Shown: positions 9,215 to 20,433, counted from the stretch's first letter. The stretch: 64,000 bases of DNA from Patescibacteria group bacterium (GCA_038065035.1 JBBTRV010000003.1:346-64345), one strand, 5' to 3'. A program made the numbers and translations. Notes: generated from the letters alone by a model not told the origin.

Positions 9215-9661
9215 TTAAAATGGCAAATCTTCCGCTTTTATTTCCCCCTCCCCGATGTCAATTTCCGGAAGTTCTTCTTTAGTGGGCTCATCGGTTCCGG
9301 AATTTTGGCGAGGGGAAGATTTATTTCCATCTCCTTGTCTTGGTCCTAATTGCATTTTTTCGCAGATAATTTCGGTTGTTTTCCTTGATTGCCCTTGCTG
9401 GTCCTGCCATGTTCTTGTCTGAAGCCGACCCTCTATGAAAACTAATCCTCCTTTTGATAAAAATTGGTTTATGATTTCCGCCTGCCTTCCCCACGCCACA
9501 ATATTATGATATTCAACTCCTTGTTGTTTCGCGCCGCTTTTATCCGTCCAAACCCTGTTGGTTGCCACTCCGAAGCTCGCCACCGATTGTCCGGATGGCG
9601 TTGTTCTTAATTGAGGGTCGGCCGTTAATCGGCCAAGAATGAAAACTTTATTTAAATTCAT
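9215..9661 (-). CDS. ssb: single-stranded DNA-binding protein
   Basis: LNKVFILGRLTADPQLR, IEGRLQTRTW and acidic tail EDLPF. Confidence 0.97.
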   Translation of the reverse strand: MNLNKVFILGRLTADPQLRTTPSGQSVASFGVATNRVWTDKSGAKQQGVEYHNIVAWGRQAEIINQFLSKGGLVFIEGRLQTRTWQDQQGQSRKTTEIICEKMQLGPRQGDGNKSSPRQNSGTDEPTKEELPEIDIGEGEIKAEDLPF

Positions 9662-10092
9662 TTTAATATTTCTTCTAATTTCTTCTCCAATGCTTCATTT
9701 GTCAAAACCATAGACGGCGCGCTTGGCTTCCTAATTTCAACCTTCGGCTCAATATCTTTTGAAACAAATGTTTTCCTTCGAATTTCAGTTTTAATCGCTG
9801 ATACCGGCCGCCTTTCCGCGGGAGGCGTGATTATTATAAATCTTAAAATATTAGGATTTAAATTAAGCTCGCTTTTAATTTTCTCTATTGCCAACGGCTC
9901 AATTAAAAAATGAAAATAGCCAAAATATCCAACATTCTCTTTCTTTATTGGATAAGCCAATTTAATCCTGTCCAAAGCGCCACTTTCCATGATTTCACAT
10001 TTATGAATGACTAATAATTTATTAATATCATCGCCGCTTTTTTCATCCTTGGCTACGAATCCAATCTCATATTTTTTAAATTCTTTGTCCAT
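9658..10092 (-). CDS. rpsF: 30S ribosomal protein S6
   Basis: YEIGF, KLAYPIKK and ILRFII motifs; operon position. Confidence 0.9.
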   Translation of the reverse strand: MDKEFKKYEIGFVAKDEKSGDDINKLLVIHKCEIMESGALDRIKLAYPIKKENVGYFGYFHFLIEPLAIEKIKSELNLNPNILRFIIITPPAERRPVSAIKTEIRRKTFVSKDIEPKVEIRKPSAPSMVLTNEALEKKLEEILK

Positions 10093-10131
10093 TTTAGTAT
10101 TTGATTATATTAATTTAATTGAATCTAAAAA

Positions 10132-13100
10132 TCAATCCTTAGATAATTCTTCGTCATCAACTAAAGAAATTTTATAGCCTGTTCCGGCCGGAATTAATTT
10201 GCCTATTATAACGTTTTCTTTAAGACCTCTCAATTTATCTTCCTTTCCTTCGCTAGAAGCCGAAACAAGCACCCTGGCTGTTTCCTGGAAACTAGCAGCT
10301 GAAAGGAAACTTTCGGTTGAAAGAGCAACCCTTGTAATGCCCATTAAAAGCTGTTTAGATTTAGATGGCCTTTTGCCGAGTTTTTTGATGTTTTTATTCA
10401 CTTCAATGAATTTTGATTTTTCAATTATTTCTCCAGAAATAAAATCAGTATCGCCGGAATCGCTTATTTGCACCCTAGAAAACATTTGCCTGACAATAAT
10501 CTCCAAATGCTTATCGTTAATAGCGCTGCCTTCGGAAACATAAATTTTCTGAATTTCATTGATAATATAACGTTCGGCTGATTCTTTATCGCGAAGCCTG
10601 AAAAGCTCATGAATATCTATGCTTCCTTCGCAGAGTTGAACTCCTTTTAAAACTTTGTCTTTCGGCTTTACAAATACAGTTGTAGCCCGCGAAACCGGAT
10701 ATTCAATAATTTTACTCACCTTTTTTCCTTTTGAAGAAGTTTTGATTATTTTCAGCATTATCACTTTTAATAATCTTCTTTCTTCAATATCTTCAATAAT
10801 GCCGTCGTCTTCGGCCAAATATGCCTTTCCTTTGGGAACGCGCGCCTCAAACAGCTCCTGCACTCTTTCAAGGCCATGCGTAATATCAACTCCGGCAACG
10901 CCGCCGGTATGAAAAGTTTTCAAAGTCAATTGAGTGCCCGGCTCGCCTATCGATTGCGCCGCTATTACGCCAATTGTCTCGCCGATATTAATCGGTTTCA
11001 ACTCCGCCAGGTCATAGCCGTAACATTTGGAACAAATTCCGTATAAGGTCTTGCATTTAATCGGAGAACGAATTTTTACGGACTCAATTTTTGATTCTTC
11101 TATCTTATTAGCCATTTCCCTGCTTATAATCTCGCCAGCTTTAGCTAAAATTTTATTACCGATTTTTATATCTTCTAAGCTGGTTCTACTGAAAACCCGG
11201 GAAGCAAAAGGATAGCCGTAATCGTCTCCTTCTTTCCGGGCCATCTCAACACCATCAATTGTTTTACAATCATTCTCCCTGATTATTAAATCCTGAGATA
11301 CATCAACCAATCTTCTTGTTAAATATCCGGCGGAAGCGGTTTTTAAGGCGGTATCAGTCAATCCCTTCCTTGCCCCATGGGTATTAATGAAGAATTCTAA
11401 AACCGTCAAACCTTCTTTATATGAAGATTTTATCGGCAATTCAATAGTCTCTCCTTGCGGATTAGAAACCAATCCTTTCATTCCCATCATTTGAACCAAC
11501 GGCGACCAGGAACCGCGCGCCCCGGAATCAATTATATAAAAAACTGAATTGTAGGGATTGAGAGTTTTCGGCACGATTGAAGAAATTTTATCTTTAACCT
11601 TATCCCAAATATTTATAATCCTCATGTAACGTTCGGCATCGGTAAGCAATCCTTCTTTATACTGGTTTCTTACTAAATTTTCTTCATTCTCCGCCTCTAT
11701 TATTATTTTTTGCTTATCTTCCGGGACTGTTAAATCATCCATTCCCCAGCTAACTCCTGAAAAAGTAGCGTAAAAAAAGCCAAGAGTTTTTATCTTATCC
11801 AGAATCTCCCACATATTTTCGATGCCGTATTTATCAATATGAGCAGAAATTAGATTGCCTAATTCTTTTCTATTCATAAGCTTATTTACAAATCCAAAAC
11901 TTTCAGGAAGAGCCGAATTAAAAATAATTCTTCCGACTGAAGTTTTAACACGTTCATTATTTATTACAACATTAACAGGCTCATTTATCTTCACAAAACC
12001 GAAATTATATGCTATTTTTGCTTCTTCAAACGTTGAGAAGTTTTTTTCTTTAATGTCTTCTTTTGACGGTCTTATATTGGTCAAAAAATAAGAACCCAAA
12101 ACAATATCTTGAGTCGGCTGCGCAATCGGCTCGCCAGTTGCCGGTTTCAAAATGTTATGGGAAGCAAGCATTCTTTCATTAGCTTCTTTTTGCGCTTCAT
12201 CGGAAAGCGGCACGTGAACAGCCATCTGATCTCCGTCAAAGTCGGCATTAAAAGCAGCGCAAACCATAGGCGGAATTCTAATCGCCAAATCTTCTATTAA
12301 AACCGGTTTAAAAGCCTGGATGCCTAAACGATGCAACGTCGGCGCTCGATTAAGAAGAACTTTTTTATCTTTAATAATATCTTCTAGAATTTCCCAAATC
12401 TCCGAAGTTGCCGATTCAATCAAACGATTAGCGTTTCTAATATTATAAGCCAATCCTTTTTCAATGATTTTTGCTATGACAAATGGCTTAAAAAGCTCAA
12501 GAGCCATCTTTTTCGGCAAACCGCATTCATTAAATCTAAGTTCCGGGCCTCCGACAATTACTGAACGGCCTGAATAATCAACACGCTTACCAAGAAGATT
12601 TTGGCGAAATCTTCCTTCTTTCCCTTTAAGAATATCGGCTAACGACTTAAGCGGTCTTCTTCTTGAAGAAAGCTGTTGAGTGCCGAAACGAGCGGAATTA
12701 TCAATCAAGGCATCAACCGCTTCCTGAAGCATTCTTTTTTCATTAATGACGATCACCTCCGGCGCCTGTATTTCAATAAGTTTTTTTAAGCGATTATTGC
12801 GATTTATTACCCGACGATAAAGATCATTAAGGTCGGAAGTGGCATATCTTCCGCCATCTAATGGAACCATCGGCCTTAAATCCGGCGGTAAAACCGGAAG
12901 CACTGTTAATATCATCCATTCCGGCCGCTGATTACTTTTTATAAACGAACGCAACAGTTTGAGTTTGAAAAAAAACTTTTTTTGTCTGCCCGCATCTTTA
13001 ATATTTTCAATTTCTTTTTCTGTTTTTTTCGCCTCTTTTTCTAAATCTATATTTTTAAGAATTTTTATAATAGCTTCAGCTCCATTGCCGGCTTCGAAAA

Positions 13101-13704
13101 CGCCGGCGAATTTTTTTGATAAATTATAATATTCAGTCTCGTTTAAAATTTTTCCAATTTCTAAAGATTTTAATTCTTCTTTTGCCGCTTCCATTCCTTT
13201 TTTTAAATTATCCATCTCGGAAGAAGAAATATTTTTCTTCCTTAATGTGAATTCTCTTTCTATTTCTTCAATAAATTTTTTCTTATTTTCTTCATTGGTT
13301 GAAGTCACTATATAGGCGGCATAATAAATAACTTTAACCAATTTTTGAAGCGGAACATCTATAATCAACCCGATTCTAGAAGGAATGTTTCTGAGAAACC
13401 AAATATGGGCAATCGGAGTCGCTAAAGAAATATGTCCCATTCTTTCCCGTCTTACCGATGACTTTGTCACTTCAACGCCGCATTTATCACAGACCATGTT
13501 TTTATACCTGATTTTTTTATACTTTCCGCAATAACATTCATAATCTTTCGTCGGACCGAAAATACGCTCCGCGAACAAGCCGTCTTTTTCCGGACGCTGA
13601 GTGCGATAATTAATTGTTTCCGGCTTTATCACTTCGCCATAAGACCAGGAAAGTATTTTTTCCGGCGAAGCAATTTTAATTTTAATAGAACTAATATTAA
13701 ACAT
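10132..13704 (-). CDS. rpoC: RNA polymerase beta' subunit
   Basis: NADFDGDQM active site, N-terminal Zn ribbon, AQSIGEPGTQLT. Start moved to the ATG at 13704. Confidence 0.99.
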   Translation of the reverse strand: MFNISSIKIKIASPEKILSWSYGEVIKPETINYRTQRPEKDGLFAERIFGPTKDYECYCGKYKKIRYKNMVCDKCGVEVTKSSVRRERMGHISLATPIAHIWFLRNIPSRIGLIIDVPLQKLVKVIYYAAYIVTSTNEENKKKFIEEIEREFTLRKKNISSSEMDNLKKGMEAAKEELKSLEIGKILNETEYYNLSKKFAGVFEAGNGAEAIIKILKNIDLEKEAKKTEKEIENIKDAGRQKKFFFKLKLLRSFIKSNQRPEWMILTVLPVLPPDLRPMVPLDGGRYATSDLNDLYRRVINRNNRLKKLIEIQAPEVIVINEKRMLQEAVDALIDNSARFGTQQLSSRRRPLKSLADILKGKEGRFRQNLLGKRVDYSGRSVIVGGPELRFNECGLPKKMALELFKPFVIAKIIEKGLAYNIRNANRLIESATSEIWEILEDIIKDKKVLLNRAPTLHRLGIQAFKPVLIEDLAIRIPPMVCAAFNADFDGDQMAVHVPLSDEAQKEANERMLASHNILKPATGEPIAQPTQDIVLGSYFLTNIRPSKEDIKEKNFSTFEEAKIAYNFGFVKINEPVNVVINNERVKTSVGRIIFNSALPESFGFVNKLMNRKELGNLISAHIDKYGIENMWEILDKIKTLGFFYATFSGVSWGMDDLTVPEDKQKIIIEAENEENLVRNQYKEGLLTDAERYMRIINIWDKVKDKISSIVPKTLNPYNSVFYIIDSGARGSWSPLVQMMGMKGLVSNPQGETIELPIKSSYKEGLTVLEFFINTHGARKGLTDTALKTASAGYLTRRLVDVSQDLIIRENDCKTIDGVEMARKEGDDYGYPFASRVFSRTSLEDIKIGNKILAKAGEIISREMANKIEESKIESVKIRSPIKCKTLYGICSKCYGYDLAELKPINIGETIGVIAAQSIGEPGTQLTLKTFHTGGVAGVDITHGLERVQELFEARVPKGKAYLAEDDGIIEDIEERRLLKVIMLKIIKTSSKGKKVSKIIEYPVSRATTVFVKPKDKVLKGVQLCEGSIDIHELFRLRDKESAERYIINEIQKIYVSEGSAINDKHLEIIVRQMFSRVQISDSGDTDFISGEIIEKSKFIEVNKNIKKLGKRPSKSKQLLMGITRVALSTESFLSAASFQETARVLVSASSEGKEDKLRGLKENVIIGKLIPAGTGYKISLVDDEELSKD

Positions 13705-13705
13705 G

Positions 13706-16700
13706 CTATTTTTCTTCTTTGAATTTCTCTTTATCCCGCGCCTTTTCACCGCGGAATTCATCGCTCAATATTTCGATATCCAGTCCCAATGATTTCATCT
13801 CGCTTAACAAAACATTGAAAGCGGCGGGAATATTCGGGTTTTTTATTTTTTCGCCTTTAATAATAGCTTCAAAAGTAGATGCTCTTCCAGAAATATCATC
13901 TGATTTTATAGTAAGCATTTCTTGTAAAACATAAGCAGAACCATAACCTTCAAGCGCCCAAACTTCCATTTCTCCAAATCTTTGCCCTCCAAATTGAGCT
14001 TTTCCGCCAAGCGGCTGTTGAGTAATTAATGAATATGGGCCAATCGAACGCATATGAATTTTATCTTCAACTAAATGATTAAGTTTAATCATATAGATAT
14101 ATCCAACGGTAATCGATTCACCAAAAAATTCCCCCGTTCTGCCGTCAAAAAGCTTAAGTTTGCCGTTTTCCGGATAATTAGCTTTTTTAAGCTCGCCTTT
14201 AATATCTGTTTCAGTTGCTCCGACGAAAACCGGAGTTATCGCGCGATAACCAAGCTTATTAGCGGCCAAACCCAAATGAGTTTCTAAAATTTGTCCTAAA
14301 TTCATTCTTGAAGCCACGCCCATCGGATTTAAAATTATGTCAACCGGAGTTCCGTCTTCTAAATATGGCATATCTTCAACCGCTCTAATCTGAGAAATAA
14401 CCCCCTTATTTCCATGTCTGCCGGCCAATTTATCGCCGGCTCTTATCTTTCTCAATTGAGCGACCTCAATTTGAATCCTTTTTATAATACCTGGTTCAAG
14501 CTTATCTCCATGTTCTCTTGAAAAAATTTTAATTCCAATGATCCGGCCGGATTTTCCATGTGGCAATATCAAGGAAGTATCTTTTATATCTCTTGCCTTT
14601 TCGCCGAAAATCGCCCGTAATAATTTTTCTTCCGACGAAACTTCAGCTTCGCCTTTTGGAGAAATTTTTCCAACTAAAATATCGCCCGCGCGAACTTCGG
14701 CGCCAATTCTTATAATTCCTTCTTCGTCAAGATTTTTTAGCTTATCTTCTGAAACATTAGGAATATCAGGAGTTGTCACTTCGGGCCCAAGTTTAGTATC
14801 GCGAATATCGCAATAAAAATCTTCAATATGAATCGAAGTAAATAAGTCATCTTTTGCCACCTTTTCGGAAAGAATAATGCCATCTTCGAAATTAGCTCCT
14901 TCCCAAGAAATGAATGCTACTAAAAGATTTTGCCCCAAAGAAAGCACTCCGTTATTAGTTGAAAAAGTATCTGCCAGAACTTCATTTTTTTTAATTTTTT
15001 TACCTTTTTCAATAATTGGCCGCTGTGAAATGCAAGTAAAATCATTTGATCTTCTAAATTTATGCAAAACGTAGGTTTTCTTTTTCTTTAAAGAGTCTTC
15101 CACTACAATTTGACTAGCATCAACATCAATAACCGTCCCATCGGTTTCTGAAATAACAAGCCTTCCGCAATCAAAAGCCGCTTTTCTTTCCATGCCAGTT
15201 GAAACTAAAGGCGCCGCAGGCTTAATTGAAGGGACAGCTTGCCTTTGCATATTCGAACCCATTAAAGCTCTATTCGCATCATCATGCTCAAGGAACGGAA
15301 TCATTGCCGTAGCAACGCTAGTCATTTGATAAGGAGCAACATCAATAAATTCAATTTCTTCCTTGACAACAGTAACAGGCTTTCCTTTAAATCTTGCTCC
15401 GACATTTTTTTCAGAAATTTTTCTATTTTCATCAATTCTTGTGCTTCCTTGAGCAATCTTGTAATTTTCTTCCTCAATCGCGTCTAACCAAACAATACTA
15501 TTATTGTCAACTTTTCCATTTTTAACCTTGCAATAAGGCGTCTGTAAAAATCCAAATTCATTAAGTCGCGCGAAATTAGCAAAATAATTAATAAGTCCAA
15601 TATTTTGGCCTTCTGGAGTTTGAATAGGACAAATTCTGCCGTAATGAGATATATGAACATCTCTTATTTCAAAACCGGCATGTTCTCTTGTTAAGCCGCC
15701 TGGCCCCATTGAAGAAAGCCTCCTTTTATGCTCCAACTCAGCTAAAGGATTGTCTTGATTCATAAATTGGGATAATTGTGAAGTGGCAAAAAATTCTTTT
15801 ACGATTCCGATGAGCGGTCTCGCATTAATAAGCTGAACCGGAGTGATTAATTTAATATCTAACGTTGACATTCGATCAACTATCATGCGCTTGAGCCTGG
15901 CAAAGCCAACGCGCATCCGACTGGCAAGCAATTCGCCGACAGCCCGCACTCGACGGTTGCCCAAATGGTCAATATCATCCGGCTCGGCCATTAAATCATT
16001 ATTCAGTCTGATTATTTCTTTTACGATTAAAACAATATCTTCAAAATTCAAAAGTAGGGATTGATTTTTTTTATTATTTATCCCGAGTCTTTGGTTAAAT
16101 TTAAATCTACCGGCAACAGATAAGCTGTAACGGTCGATTCTTTCAAACATCGCGTCTATCAAGCTTTTGGCATTTTCCGGAGTCGCTAAATCTCCCGGCC
16201 TGAGCCTTTTATAAATTTCAACATAAGCGTCTGATGTTCCTTTTGCTTCACTTTTCTTTAAAGTCGTTTCAATAAATTTTATCTGGCCGTTATCGATATC
16301 CGAAAACAGCTGAATAAGACTATCGGCATTTTCAAATTCTTTTTTTCTTGAAATATTGGCAAATATTCTCAATAAATCAGTAACTGCCACCTTGCGGTGT
16401 TTATCTATTTTAACGCCGATAGAGCCGTCTGGATCAGTAATAAATTCAAGCCAAGAGCCTCTATCAGGAATAACTTTTGCTCCAAAAAGTTTTTTACCGC
16501 GATAAACCTCTCCTGTAAAATAAACTCCGGCAGACCTTATAAGTTGGGAAACAATAACTCTTTCAACGCCATTTATGATAAAAGTGCCGCGGGAAGTCAT
16601 CATCGGAAAATCGCCAAGATAAATTTCCTGCTCTTTCACCTCTTTCGTTTGATTATTAATCAATTTTACCTTAACCCTCAACGGCGCTTCATAAGTCAAA

Positions 16701-16936
16701 TCTTTATCCCAGCTGACTTCTTCATCGTATTTTGGCTCATCAATATAATAATCAATAAAGTGAAGTTCCATTTCTTTCCCTGTCGAATCTTTAATCGGGA
16801 ATATTTCTTCAAAAAGTTCCCTAATCCCTTTTTTGATAAACCAATCCCATGAAGCATGTTGAATCTCTGCTAAAAACGGCTGATTAATGAACGCTCCCGG
16901 ATGATGAGAAAAAATTTTTTCTGGCAATTTAGACAT
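13706..16936 (-). CDS. rpoB: RNA polymerase beta subunit
   Basis: DIDHLGNRRVR, GDKLAGRHGNKG and GGQRFGEMEVWALE. Start at the ATG at 16936. Confidence 0.99.
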   Translation of the reverse strand: MSKLPEKIFSHHPGAFINQPFLAEIQHASWDWFIKKGIRELFEEIFPIKDSTGKEMELHFIDYYIDEPKYDEEVSWDKDLTYEAPLRVKVKLINNQTKEVKEQEIYLGDFPMMTSRGTFIINGVERVIVSQLIRSAGVYFTGEVYRGKKLFGAKVIPDRGSWLEFITDPDGSIGVKIDKHRKVAVTDLLRIFANISRKKEFENADSLIQLFSDIDNGQIKFIETTLKKSEAKGTSDAYVEIYKRLRPGDLATPENAKSLIDAMFERIDRYSLSVAGRFKFNQRLGINNKKNQSLLLNFEDIVLIVKEIIRLNNDLMAEPDDIDHLGNRRVRAVGELLASRMRVGFARLKRMIVDRMSTLDIKLITPVQLINARPLIGIVKEFFATSQLSQFMNQDNPLAELEHKRRLSSMGPGGLTREHAGFEIRDVHISHYGRICPIQTPEGQNIGLINYFANFARLNEFGFLQTPYCKVKNGKVDNNSIVWLDAIEEENYKIAQGSTRIDENRKISEKNVGARFKGKPVTVVKEEIEFIDVAPYQMTSVATAMIPFLEHDDANRALMGSNMQRQAVPSIKPAAPLVSTGMERKAAFDCGRLVISETDGTVIDVDASQIVVEDSLKKKKTYVLHKFRRSNDFTCISQRPIIEKGKKIKKNEVLADTFSTNNGVLSLGQNLLVAFISWEGANFEDGIILSEKVAKDDLFTSIHIEDFYCDIRDTKLGPEVTTPDIPNVSEDKLKNLDEEGIIRIGAEVRAGDILVGKISPKGEAEVSSEEKLLRAIFGEKARDIKDTSLILPHGKSGRIIGIKIFSREHGDKLEPGIIKRIQIEVAQLRKIRAGDKLAGRHGNKGVISQIRAVEDMPYLEDGTPVDIILNPMGVASRMNLGQILETHLGLAANKLGYRAITPVFVGATETDIKGELKKANYPENGKLKLFDGRTGEFFGESITVGYIYMIKLNHLVEDKIHMRSIGPYSLITQQPLGGKAQFGGQRFGEMEVWALEGYGSAYVLQEMLTIKSDDISGRASTFEAIIKGEKIKNPNIPAAFNVLLSEMKSLGLDIEILSDEFRGEKARDKEKFKEEK

Positions 16937-16993
16937 ATAAAAAAATAAAAACAAAAAACTCCCTCCACTCAAAAATGAACAGGATAAAATTAT

Positions 16994-18043
16994 CTATTTT
17001 AAAAAATAAACAGATCTGTTGACATTATGCTCGTCAAATGTTTTGGAAAAAATAGTTTTCCCGGTTTTCGCGTCTGAAAGATAATACCAATAAGGCGAAT
17101 CTTTCTTGTTAATTGCGGCTTTAATCGTTGAAAGTGATGGATTGCTTATCGGCGCCGGAATCAATCCAGTATACATATATGTATTAAAATGCGAATCAAT
17201 TTTATAATCGTTCCTTTTCAACTGGCCGCAATTTAAAAACCTGCCTTCACATTTAATATACACTATTGTGGCGTCAATTTGCAAGGGCATGCCAACTTTC
17301 AGTCTTTTTTCCAATATGCCAGCTACTATTCTTTGATCATCATCGTTAGATATCTCTTTCTCCAAAAGTGAAGCAATTTTTAAGGTATTTTTTAGATTAT
17401 CATAATCCTTAAAAAAAGGCAATACCTTATCATTAAAATTGCTAACTATCTTTTCAATAACAAAGCCAATATCAGAATTTTTATAAAAATAGTAAGTGTC
17501 GGGAAGCAAATACCCCTCCAAGGATTTTTCGGCATCAAGATAAAGAAATTTCTTCTTTAAACCGCCTGCTTTTATATTATTTTTAAATTCATCGCTATAT
17601 TTTATCAAATCGCCTTTTCTAATTATTTTCAAATTGGAAAAATAATCATCAATTTCTCTTAATGTCATCCCGGGAAAAATTGTTGCCGTAATTTCTTCCG
17701 GCCCTTTTTCCAAAATATTTAATAATTCCGCCAACGATGCTGAAGAATTAATTTGATAAAAACCGCTCTTTATCATATTAGTTTTTCCTAATAACATCGC
17801 ATAAATTTTAAAAACAACCTTTGACTTTATAAGTCCGGCAAAGTAAAGCTTATCGGCTATTTCATTAAAACTCATTCCGGAAAAAATATTAATATCTATT
17901 GCTTCTTCGCCGCCAACATCAGAAAAATCAAAATTTTTAGAAAAAACTACTGAAAAAAATCCCGCTATAAATAAAAATACTAAAACAACAATCGAAAATT
18001 TTTCGACAAATGTAATCTTTCTACTGCCGGCAAAGAACATCAT
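16994..18043 (-). CDS. mltG: endolytic transglycosylase MltG (YceG)
   Basis: N-terminal TM, LEGYLLPDTY, IASLLEKE, LQIDAT and NTY...PISNP motifs. Confidence 0.93.
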   Translation of the reverse strand: MMFFAGSRKITFVEKFSIVVLVFLFIAGFFSVVFSKNFDFSDVGGEEAIDINIFSGMSFNEIADKLYFAGLIKSKVVFKIYAMLLGKTNMIKSGFYQINSSASLAELLNILEKGPEEITATIFPGMTLREIDDYFSNLKIIRKGDLIKYSDEFKNNIKAGGLKKKFLYLDAEKSLEGYLLPDTYYFYKNSDIGFVIEKIVSNFNDKVLPFFKDYDNLKNTLKIASLLEKEISNDDDQRIVAGILEKRLKVGMPLQIDATIVYIKCEGRFLNCGQLKRNDYKIDSHFNTYMYTGLIPAPISNPSLSTIKAAINKKDSPYWYYLSDAKTGKTIFSKTFDEHNVNRSVYFLK

Positions 18044-19110
18044 CTTTTTATCTTAATAGATTGAATAATGCCAATTGTAATAAAACTTGTCAATAAGCTT
18101 GATCCTCCGTAACTCAAAAAAGGAAACGGCACGCCGATTACCGGCGTTATCCCCAAATTGGAGCCGATATTCAATACGAATTGAACCATTAAAAACATAG
18201 TTGATCCAAGACAAACGAATTTGCCGAAATTATTATCCGAATGCATGCCAATAATGATAATCCTGAAAATCAAATATCCGAAAGCAAGCACTATTATAAG
18301 CCCGATTAAAATGCCGAATTCCTCAACAACCGCCGCAAAAATAAAATCAGTTTGAGCCTCCGGCAAAAAGCCAAGTTGTACCTGCGTCCCCTGATTGAAT
18401 CCCTTTCCGAAAAATCCAGCTGAACCGATAGCGATTTTTGACTGGATGACATTATAATTAATTCCTAAAGTATCTTGATTTGGAAAAAAAACGCCTAAAA
18501 TTCTTTCTTTCTGATAATCTTTTAAAACGCTTGTCCACATAAAAACTCCGACAACCGCGAAAATTAAAAAAGAAACTAATATATGGCTCCATTTAATTCC
18601 TGAAACTAATAAAAACCCGAACCAAATTGAAAACAAAATCAGCGCCGAACCCAAATCCGGCTGGATAACAACAAGAAACGCCGGCGCGACAAAATAAAAA
18701 AATGATGTTAATATATTAGAAACTCTGGCGATGCTTACATGTTTTTTCCTGAAAAAATTGGCGAAAATAATTATCAAAACAATTTTAGCGAATTCCGACG
18801 CCTGGAATTGAAACGGCCCAAACGTCAGCCAGGCGCGGACGCCGCGGACCGGCGAAGCAAAAAAATAAGTGATTAAAAGCAAAAAAATTATTATAAAATA
18901 AATTCCTAAAACAGCACCTCGATAATTTATGAAAGGCCGCCATTCAATTTTCGCGATTAAAAGAAACAATAAAATGCCGATAATAAAGAAAAGAAGCTGC
19001 TTCCAGAATAATTCCGCCTTGGCGCTAAGTAAACCGAGTAAACCAATGGCTGCTAAAATTAAAACAGCTGTGTTTAATTTCCAATCCTGCAGTTTTAGTG
19101 TTGTCAGCAT
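18040..19110 (-). CDS. rodA: SEDS family peptidoglycan polymerase RodA
   Basis: FQASEFAK, QPDLGSA, QSKIAIGS, LPEAQTDFIF and PFLSYGGSS motifs. Confidence 0.9.
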   Translation of the reverse strand: MLTTLKLQDWKLNTAVLILAAIGLLGLLSAKAELFWKQLLFFIIGILLFLLIAKIEWRPFINYRGAVLGIYFIIIFLLLITYFFASPVRGVRAWLTFGPFQFQASEFAKIVLIIIFANFFRKKHVSIARVSNILTSFFYFVAPAFLVVIQPDLGSALILFSIWFGFLLVSGIKWSHILVSFLIFAVVGVFMWTSVLKDYQKERILGVFFPNQDTLGINYNVIQSKIAIGSAGFFGKGFNQGTQVQLGFLPEAQTDFIFAAVVEEFGILIGLIIVLAFGYLIFRIIIIGMHSDNNFGKFVCLGSTMFLMVQFVLNIGSNLGITPVIGVPFPFLSYGGSSLLTSFITIGIIQSIKIKR

Positions 19111-19144
19111 ATGAACTATTTTTGCACAAAATAGTTTTAAATGC

Positions 19145-19178
19145 AAAAAACAGTCCGCCGGCCGGCGGACTGTTTTTT
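19145..19178. terminator. bidirectional terminator built on the TCCGCC-N4-GGCGGA palindrome
   Basis: AAAAAACAGTCCGCC-GGCC-GGCGGACTGTTTTTT. Confidence 0.85.
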
Positions 19179-19192
19179 ATTTTTTAAATAAA

Positions 19193-19519
19193 TCAAAGAT
19201 TATTCAGGTCAGCGTCAATTTCGTTGAAACTATTATCTATTGATTCTATGTCGATGCTGTCTAACTCATTATTAATTGCTGAAGTTGTGTCTTGTAGTGT
19301 TTCTAAAGTTGGGGATGTTTTTGCCTGCTCATACGGCAATGTATTGTGAAATTTGCCAGTGGAGTATTGATTACGTATTTTACCTTGCCAAATCAAAATA
19401 CCCAAGCTAATCAGCAACAACGCAACAATAATTGCAACAATAATAATTATCTTCTTATTGATAAAATTTTCTTTTGTTTGCGGCTCTTGCGGCATTTGTT
19501 GATTTTGTAATTCGTCCAT
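19193..19519 (-). CDS. hypothetical single-TM protein with an acidic C-terminus
   Basis: 108-aa ORF, one hydrophobic helix, tail ELDSIDIESID...DADLNNL. Confidence 0.8.
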   Translation of the reverse strand: MDELQNQQMPQEPQTKENFINKKIIIIVAIIVALLLISLGILIWQGKIRNQYSTGKFHNTLPYEQAKTSPTLETLQDTTSAINNELDSIDIESIDNSFNEIDADLNNL

Positions 19520-19541
19520 AATAATACTATTTTATTATTTT

Positions 19542-20363
19542 TTATTGTTCAGTTCCGGTTGTTGTTCCCGAAACAGTTGAAGTTGCTGGCTGATTTAAAT
19601 CAACTTCAATTTCATTAATTTTCGGAATTTGAGCTAAAGTTATTGCCGCTTTTTTCACCGCTTCCCGGCTGGCAAAAATAGCATCTCTGACTTTTACGAG
19701 GTTGTCATGTAGCTCCTGTCTGGCTTTTCCAACATCCTGGCGTAATCCTGTTTCCGTAGTTATGGCAATTTTATAAGTTTTTCCGGCTTGTGTTGCAATC
19801 GCCTGACGGCTGGCGCTTATCGCGCTTTGGGCATTAGTAATCGCAGCCCTGACAGCAGAAACATCTATGCCCGAAACAGCGGCTTTATCAGCGCGGCTGC
19901 CAATATTACTTAAAATTTTTTCAAGCCGTTCCAAAACTTCAGAAAAATGATTTATCATCCCTTCGTTTAAAGCATCCATCCGATTGTCAATCCTTTCAAC
20001 CGCTTCTTTCTTACGCTCATCCTTGACTATCTTCAAGCGTTCTTTCAATTCTTGGCGTTTTGCTTCAATGACATTTTTCAATTCTACCCCTTTGGTTTCT
20101 ATCTGATTTTTAAATTCCATCCGCTTTTGTTCAATTGCATTCTTGAATTCATCCCTTTTTTGTTTTATCTGCTCAACTGTTTCAACTTTCTTTTGCTTTA
20201 TTTCTTGTATTATATTCTGTCTTGTATCAATAATAATGCCTTGCTTTGTATTCTGCCGAATATCAAGGACCCTATTTTTAACCGTGCTCGTTGGAACAGT
20301 TTGGGCGGAAACCGATGAAATTAAAAATAATGAAAAAATTATTAAAATAAAATGCTTGCTCAT
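19542..20363 (-). CDS. secreted coiled-coil hypothetical protein
   Basis: Signal peptide (SVSA|Q) followed by a K/E/Q-rich helical body. Confidence 0.85.
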   Translation of the reverse strand: MSKHFILIIFSLFLISSVSAQTVPTSTVKNRVLDIRQNTKQGIIIDTRQNIIQEIKQKKVETVEQIKQKRDEFKNAIEQKRMEFKNQIETKGVELKNVIEAKRQELKERLKIVKDERKKEAVERIDNRMDALNEGMINHFSEVLERLEKILSNIGSRADKAAVSGIDVSAVRAAITNAQSAISASRQAIATQAGKTYKIAITTETGLRQDVGKARQELHDNLVKVRDAIFASREAVKKAAITLAQIPKINEIEVDLNQPATSTVSGTTTGTEQ

Positions 20364-20408
20364 TTAATAATTATATATTTTTATCACGGACAATCAAAGG
20401 GCTCTCCT

Positions 20409-20417
20409 TGTGGATAA
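20409..20417. promoter_or_regulatory. consensus DnaA box
   Basis: TGTGGATAA in the intergenic region upstream of the 20363 gene. Confidence 0.5.
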
Positions 20418-20433
20418 CTCAAAAATTCTTAGT

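Noticed and set aside
10199-16852. Multiple plus-strand ORFs within rpoB/rpoC
   Set aside because: Antisense shadows of long conserved genes, with no recognisable motifs.
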